64,000 nt of DNA from Antedon mediterranea (Eukaryota; Animalia; Echinodermata): positions 34,646,388 to 34,710,387 of the forward strand of contig NC_092670.1 of assembly GCF_964355755.1 (NCBI RefSeq). The letters are read 5' to 3'. The first letter of the stretch is position 1; the number at the start of each line of letters is the position of its first letter. Under the pieces are notes generated by a model. It was not told the origin of the DNA, ran no database searches, and saw only the letters and a program-made list of their open reading frames with translations. This document shows, in pieces, positions 62,001-64,000 of the stretch. Position numbers and translations under genes: made by a program.

Positions 62001-64000
62001 TTTTCATTTTAATTGAATTTTGAAGTAAAACTGTCAAATTTGACAACAAAAAAACACCAATGAAATGAAATACCTAAAACCTTGATCACACTGAGTAACC
62101 ATGCTATTTAAAGTCCAATGTCGTTGGACGAATAATCCAAGTATGGACATTGGTTAATACTTTAAAGTAAGGTTCCCATGGTTAAAGTTAAAACCCAGTG
62201 TGAACAAAGATGGTATTTTATGTTTTATATTTGGCAGCATTTTGTTGTCAATCTACATTGCATTTTGTCCCCTGTGGAGAAGTTCCAATGACATGAGATT
62301 TAATAAAATTTTTTTTATTACATTTACATTTTTATATATTATTTTTGGCTACAGTAGGATGGGCCTGTTAAACCTGACAGTGGGCTATTTAGTAAGACAT
62401 CTTTGAAAAAAAATTTTTTTTTTAAATTTTGTTGATGTGAAATTTGTTAGACCAGTTGATTTTTGAATTAGTTCAAAATGAACTTGAAAATTGGTCATTC
62501 AATTTGATCTTGGAAAAGTATATACATGCGGTAATCCTAGAGTGTGTATTTCAAATTATTTGATGACTCAGTGTTTAAGCTTAATAAACCTAGTATGGGT
62601 TCATGTGGATATGCTTGAAGCCTTTGTAACGGGGAGGAATATATTGTGTCAAATCATTTTCAGGCGGTTACCCCATACTAAGCCAACTGGTAGACAGATT
62701 AGAAATGCACAACATAAACACAAACTAGTTTGAATTCTGGATTAAAATTGTTGTTAGTCATTCTTAAGTAATATCTAGGATAGGAAAAATATTATTATGA
62801 ATATTAGTCATTCCCTGGAAATGCTGTATGCCAAATATTTATAAAATATTATATTTCTATAATATAGTACCACCGCTATTTAAAATTTTTTTTTGTTATT
62901 TACTTTTTCTTTCCTTTTTTCTGTTGAACCTGTTTTCTCCTTTTCCCCTACCCGTTTAAAATTTCATTATCGCTACTAATAATTGTTTTGTCATTTAAAT
63001 AATTGTGTATTAATACTTTAATTTTTATTCATTTTAATTTGTTCACATTAGTATTCAATTCCATTCCATAAAAGAAAAAAAAATTGATCCATAAATAAAT
63101 CGCTCTGTTTGGAGGCATGAGAGCGGTACTTGCATTAATTTGTGCAATAATCACTTATTCTGCCTAATCGTTTGGTGTGCGTATGTAATGTGTGCATACG
63201 TCAGGGTAAATTAAATATTGTAATTAGTAAATTATGTAATAATCTTGCTATTTTTCTATTCACAGCCCCAAGACAAGAAACATCAGTTATGCCAGAACTA
63301 TCCAAGGACAAGAAGAAAAGCTTTTTTGGAAAGCTGAAAAAGAAAAAGGTATTGTATTTAAGTAATATTTAAAGCTCTGTCTACACTATCACATTTTATT
63401 AACAAAAAAATGTGATGTGCTAATATGGGCATTATGATTTCATATCACAATCATATTTGAGCACATCACACTTTTTTTGTCAAACTAGTTTGATAGTGTG
63501 GACAGAGCTTTAGTTCAAGTAAATATATACATATAAGTGGGCTAAGCATTGAACATTGGTGGTACACGTGGTATTGGTTATGTCATATTAAATGTAATTT
63601 TATATTGATTTGAACTTTTGACCTATCATAGTATTATTACTGTACTACTAAATATGTATTTAAGATATCAGATGTTAATATACTGTAATTAAATATTCTT
63701 TCAGACTGGTTTTGATCTTGAGCACACCCCATCCGCGCATGTTCAAAATGCTGGACCAGTAAGTCCAACATCACCTACACGACAACGACAAAATGCTGGA
63801 GCAGTGAGTCCAACATCACCTACCCGACAACGACCGACCACTGTATATAGTGATCGAGCACCAGTGGCAAAGGCCAATGCTGAACTCACACGAACCCAGA
63901 CAACGAAAAAACGGGCTGCTCCAAAACCACCAGATAATGTGGCTGGTGGCTTAGCAAAGTCAGCAGCAACCAGGAAAAAGAAGGCTCCACCTCCTCCAAG
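50099..64000 (+). CDS. COBL: Cordon-bleu family protein (COBL/COBLL1-like), N-terminal Cobl-homology region; 3'-incomplete
   Basis: Exons 50099-50296, 52936-53044, 53947-54063, 60649-60874, 63266-63348 and 63705->64000, all in frame. KRAP-type motifs KRSKAPPPP, KKRAAPKPP, RKKKAPPPP; ubiquitin-like segments LRVHMPNGK..DLLVMMAGKNKLNPVSH and KTIRLTVNYGTKHRMVLRINPERTLADLLPKICEEK..LNKSL; KKKSFFGK motif. Same order as vertebrate COBL/COBLL1. Confidence 0.88.
51052..52480. mobile_element. Probable degraded TTAA (Kolobok-like) non-autonomous element; right end uncertain
   Basis: Left end TTAAAGGGGGATTCTGG; CpG-richer, TAGGCCTA-rich interior unlike the flanking intron. Confidence 0.4.
57167..57465. 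mobile_element. MITE with long imperfect TIRs
   Basis: AGCTTACCTGATGAACCGACAT...CTTCGAGGGGAGAA / TTCTCCACTCGAAG...ATGTTGGTTTATCCAGGTAAGCT. Confidence 0.75.
57960..58367. repeat. 22-bp minisatellite (AGCCTAGTGCGATCACTTTAAA)n, about 18 copies
   Basis: Period-22 direct repeat. Confidence 0.97.
58442..58755 (-). mobile_element. tRNA-derived SINE, apparently full length, with (CAAT)n tail
   Basis: Minus strand GTGGCCGAGCGGTAAGAC..GGGTTCGAGGC; tail GGGCCCTCTGGGAGACCAGTCTTTGACTGA..(CAAT)n. Confidence 0.85.
61034..61156. repeat. 14-bp minisatellite (GTCCATAGGGYACC)n, about 9 copies
   Basis: Period-14 direct repeat. Confidence 0.95.

Overview
AT-rich, intron-rich animal genomic DNA, most like an invertebrate deuterostome (taxon is my inference). 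Almost all ORF-track entries are spurious or single exons. Three spliced genes can be rebuilt by hand from GT-AG boundaries with continuous reading frames. (1) The 3' part of an integrin alpha subunit on +, 21 exons at 4146-23538, running from FG-GAP repeats to the TM helix and GFFKR tail. (2) A complete CCDC148 on -, 10 coding exons at 28437-32681, convergent with the integrin. (3) The 5' part of a Cordon-bleu (COBL/COBLL1-like) gene on +, firm from 50099, with a probable first coding exon at 42175, running off the window. Introns and intergenic DNA are packed with non-autonomous elements: about 15 copies of one MITE, Kolobok-, piggyBac-, mariner- and Helentron-like elements, tRNA- and 5S-derived SINEs, CR1/L2 and Penelope fragments with minimal hammerhead ribozymes, and several satellites. 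The most unusual signals are a (TA)n-bounded tandem module carrying intact tRNA cloverleaves with an ATC anticodon next to a hammerhead module (36590-37582), TACAGTA transposon-footprint insertions shown by in-window paralog pairs, and two candidate in-frame COBL microexons.
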